Source of the DNA: an uncultured Chloroflexia bacterium
GTDB lineage: Bacteria; Chloroflexota; Limnocylindria; Limnocylindrales; CSP1-4
Assembly (NCBI GenBank): GCA_963744115.1
Contig: CAVUSI010000002.1
Coordinates: 79,575 to 143,574, forward strand
Length of the DNA stretch: 64,000 nucleotides
Direction of reading: 5' to 3'
Shown: positions 58,801 to 64,000 of the stretch, one piece after another
Layout: the number at the start of each line of letters is the position of its first letter
How positions within the stretch are numbered: the stretch's first letter is position 1
The notes under the pieces: model-generated
Seen by the model: only the letters and a program-made list of their open reading frames with translations
The model's database searches: none
Told to the model about the DNA's origin: nothing
Translations under genes and position numbers: made by a program

Positions 58801-59461
58801 GATCCGGGTCGACGTCCAGGAGCTGCTCGGGACGGCGATGGTCATCCGGGCGCTGCGCGGCGACATCGATGCGGTCCGCCGCGATCTGGTCGCGTACGAC
58901 GCCGCGATGGCGTCGGTGACCGGGACCCAGGAGGTCACGTCGGTGACGGCCGTCCACATGTGGATCGACCTGGCCGACGGCCGAACCGAGGACGTCCTGC
59001 GCTACGAGTTCAGCGAGACCGATCCGAGCAACGCGCTGCGTTGCCACTACATCTCGGCGTGCGCGGCCCTCTGGACACGCAACGTGGCGGCCGCCCGGAC
59101 CGCGCTCGATGGGATCGTCGCGACCAACATCCATGGGCGATGGGTGACTGCCGTTCGCTCTGCGCTCGAGGCGGCGATCGCCGCCCTCGAAGGGCGGCAT
59201 GATGTCGCGGAGACCGGGTTCCGGGATGCCCTGACGGCCTTCCGCGAGCTCGGAGCGCAGCGCGACGTCGCGCTGGTGCTCATCCACCAGGCCGGTCTCC
59301 TCGACGATCCGTCGGCCTCGGCCGCTGCTGCGGACGAGGCGCGGGCGATCCTCGACGGCCTCGGCGCCTCCGCGCTGGTCTCCATCCTCGACGACTTCGT
59401 GGCGACCCGACCGGGAGCTCCGGCCGAAGCCCGCAAACGGGACGAGGTGGAGATCCGGTAG
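55863..59461 (+). pseudogene. large signal-transduction regulator: N-terminal double zinc ribbon, class III adenylate/guanylate cyclase, AAA/NB-ARC-type ATPase, C-terminal TPR/helical repeats, with a 1-nt deletion frameshift at about 56160
   Basis: GTG at 55863 gives VTCSSCGSVNELGRKFCADCGAALVRACPTCGSSNSPSARFCGECGTAL, ending ...ERRQVSI. The rest of the gene (55850..59461 frame) starts VDLFADLVGFTGLAEDRD (cyclase), then P-loop GQAGTGKSRL and long TPR-like helices. Inserting one C (ATCTG to ATCCTG) restores ERRQVSILFADLVGFT. Confidence 0.7.
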
Positions 59462-59497
59462 CCCGGCGGCGGGGTGTCCCGCGCGACGAATGACCCC

Positions 59498-60088
59498 TTA
59501 CCAGCGTTCCCAGCGGGCGAAGTCCTCGAACGGGACCCAGCCGCGCTTCAAGGATGGCGACCGGACATCGGGGAGCGGCCGGCCGACCGGCATCACCCCG
59601 ATCGGGGTGAACTCCGCCGGGATGCCGAGCTCCGCACGCAGTCCGTCGGGATCGAACGCCCCGGCGAACCCTGAGGCGAGACCGGCGTCCACCGCGGCCA
59701 GCATGATCACCATCATCGTCGCCCCGATGTCGACCCACCAGTACGGCACCGGCCATTCGATCTCGGCGCCGTCCTCGTCGATCTTGTCCGGTTCGCGGTA
59801 CCGCCGGTGGTAGATCTCCTCCGACACGCACGGCACGAATTGCGCGGCGCATTCGGAGATCCAGGGCCCCATCTCGAGGTCGTCGTACTCCTCCTCCCCG
59901 CAGGTCCGGGCGACTCGCCGCCGGGTCGCCTGGTCGGTCACGACGACGAGGCGCTGGCCCTGGCTGAATCCGGCCGAAGGCGTGCGCTGGGCGAGCCGCG
60001 CGATACCCTCGATGACCGCGAGGTCGACCCCGCCCTCCTCGAAGCGGCGCACCGCGCGGCGTCGCATGACGACAACCTGGAACTGCAT
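59498..60088 (-). CDS. nitroreductase-family protein
   Basis: ATG at 60088 with GGAGG Shine-Dalgarno. MQFQVVVMRRRAVRRFEEGGVDLAVIEGI and the rest match the nitroreductase fold. 196 aa. The upstream part of the 289-aa track ORF was not used. Confidence 0.65.
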   Translation of the reverse strand: MQFQVVVMRRRAVRRFEEGGVDLAVIEGIARLAQRTPSAGFSQGQRLVVVTDQATRRRVARTCGEEEYDDLEMGPWISECAAQFVPCVSEEIYHRRYREPDKIDEDGAEIEWPVPYWWVDIGATMMVIMLAAVDAGLASGFAGAFDPDGLRAELGIPAEFTPIGVMPVGRPLPDVRSPSLKRGWVPFEDFARWERW

Positions 60089-60188
60089 GGAGGGCCTCCT
60101 GTCTTGGTGTCGATCGCCGGCGCCACACCGGGTGGGAGCCGCGTCACGACCCGCCCTTCGTCTTGCCCCAGGAGGCGCTTTCCGGTAG

Positions 60189-62647
<2,459 letters not shown>

Positions 62648-62706
62648 TCGACCGTCCCCGGCGGGTCTAGAATCCGGCTCCGATCGAACCGCACCCCGAG
62701 GCCCCG

Positions 62707-63372
62707 ATGAAGATCTTCCTGGACACCGCCGACATCGAAGAGATCCGGATCGCGGCGCGCTGGGGCGTGCTCGACGGCGTCACGACGAACCCCACCCTGT
62801 ACGCCAAGGTCGGCGGGTCGTACGACTCGATCCTGGCCGAGGTCTGCAAGATCACCTCCGGCCCGGTCTCGGCGGAGGTCATCAGCGACGACGTCGACTC
62901 GATGCTCGACGAGGGCCGCCACTTCGCCAAGATCGCCCCGAACATCGTGGTCAAGGTGGCGATGAGCGAGAACGGCCTGGAGGCGATCAGCCGCTTCGCC
63001 GATGAGGGCATCCGGACGAACTGCACCCTCATCTTCACCGCCAACCAGGGCCTCCTCGCGGCCAAGGCCGGGGCCACCCTCATCTCGCCGTTCGTCGGCC
63101 GCCTCGACGACATCAACCAGGACGGGATGATCGTCATCCGCGAGCTCGCCGAGATCTTCGCCATCCACGAGATCGACGCCCAGATCCTGTCGGCCTCGAT
63201 CCGGAACCCGCTCCACGTCACCCAGTCGGCGATGGCCGGCGCCCACATCGCGACCATCCCGTTCAAGGTCCTCCAGCAGATGGTCCACCACCCGCTGACC
63301 GACAAGGGCATCGCCCAGTTCAAGGCGGATTGGGCCAAGGCGCGCAGCGAGGCGCCCGCCACGACCAGCTGA
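62707..63372 (+). CDS. transaldolase family protein, short form (transaldolase / fructose-6-phosphate aldolase)
   Basis: MKIFLDTADIEEI...GVTTNPTL...KIAPNIVVKV(Schiff-base Lys)...TLIFTANQ...SPFVGRLDD. 221 aa. Confidence 0.85.
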   Translation: MKIFLDTADIEEIRIAARWGVLDGVTTNPTLYAKVGGSYDSILAEVCKITSGPVSAEVISDDVDSMLDEGRHFAKIAPNIVVKVAMSENGLEAISRFADEGIRTNCTLIFTANQGLLAAKAGATLISPFVGRLDDINQDGMIVIRELAEIFAIHEIDAQILSASIRNPLHVTQSAMAGAHIATIPFKVLQQMVHHPLTDKGIAQFKADWAKARSEAPATTS

Positions 63373-63390
63373 CGGCGTCGGGCTGCCTCG

Positions 63391-64000
63391 TCACGCCTCG
63401 CCGGCGGCGCCCGTCGACCAGGCTCCCCCGCGCAGGACTCGGAGCACCCCCAGCTCGTCGTCCAGCTCGATGAGGTGCGCCAGCTGACCGACGGCGATCC
63501 GGCCACGGTCGCCCACCCCGAGGAGCTCCAGCGGGTTCCGGCCGGCTGCCCGGACGGCCGCCGGCAGGGGCACACCAGCGCCCGCCAGGTTCCGCACGGC
63601 GGTGTCGAGGGCGATCATCGATCCGGCAAGCTGGCCTCCGTCGACCAGGACGCAACGGTCGCCCTGGATCTCGACCTGGCGCCCGCCGACCTCGCCGCGG
63701 GACCGGCCCGACCCGGCCACGGACAGCGCGTCGCTCACGAGGATCAGGCGGTCCGCCGGCTTCATCCGAACGACGAGTTCCCAGAGCGACGGATGGACGT
63801 GGATGCCGTCCGCGATGAGCTCGACATAGACGGCGTCATCGACGAGCGCCGCGACCGCCAGCCCCGGAGCCCGGTGATCGGCCCCCGACATCGCGTTGAA
63901 CAGGTGCGTCGTGCTCGATGCGCCGGCGGTGTATCCAGCCCGGGCTTCCTCGAAGGTCGCCAGCGAGTGGCCTGCGGAGACGACGACACCGCGCTTCCGC
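63391..64000 (-). CDS. nagA: N-acetylglucosamine-6-phosphate deacetylase, C-terminal part (gene continues beyond the right edge)
   Basis: Reverse-complement frame reads ...VVVSAGHSLATFEEARAGYTAGASSTTHLFNAMSG...IADGIHVHP...LVSDALSVAG...GGQLAGSMIALDTAVRN, matching NagA. No start within the window. Confidence 0.75.
   Translation of the reverse strand, partial: RKRGVVVSAGHSLATFEEARAGYTAGASSTTHLFNAMSGADHRAPGLAVAALVDDAVYVELIADGIHVHPSLWELVVRMKPADRLILVSDALSVAGSGRSRGEVGGRQVEIQGDRCVLVDGGQLAGSMIALDTAVRNLAGAGVPLPAAVRAAGRNPLELLGVGDRGRIAVGQLAHLIELDDELGVLRVLRGGAWSTGAAGEA

Overview
High-GC (about 70%+) chromosomal segment of actinobacterial type, densely packed with housekeeping and accessory metabolic genes. 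I found no transposase, integrase, phage genes or CRISPR array. Main features, left to right: (1) a selenocysteine-decoding cluster: selD (partial, off the left edge), tRNA-Sec, selA, selB, mobA, with two unrelated genes wedged between tRNA-Sec and selA and no selenoprotein gene in the window. (2) An Xre/DUF2384 antitoxin plus RES toxin pair. (3) An array of about 51-bp tandem repeats carrying palindromic GTGCGCAC cores, lying in the gap between a small His-rich membrane protein gene and a cupredoxin lipoprotein gene. (4) An SbcD/Mre11-like phosphoesterase plus an SbcC/Rad50-like ATPase whose coiled-coil apex is replaced by a transmembrane hairpin. (5) A long minus-strand pentose-phosphate operon (tkt-rpiB-pgi-gnd-zwf-opcA-pgl-hydrolase-citrate synthase) in which pgl reads through in frame into a GNAT acetyltransferase. 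(6) psuK-psuG pseudouridine catabolism. (7) An ABC-2 exporter. (8) A sugar/polyol catabolic locus (AraA-like isomerase, TIM-like protein, FGGY kinase, class I aldolase, ABC uptake system, DeoR) that carries many +1 frameshifts. (9) A large adenylate-cyclase/AAA/TPR regulator with one frameshift. (10) pyrG, tal/fsa and the 3' part of nagA. Many adjacent genes overlap by 4 nt (ATGA/GTGA/TTGA). Several very long ORFs in the six-frame track are antisense artefacts of the GC-rich sequence and were not called.
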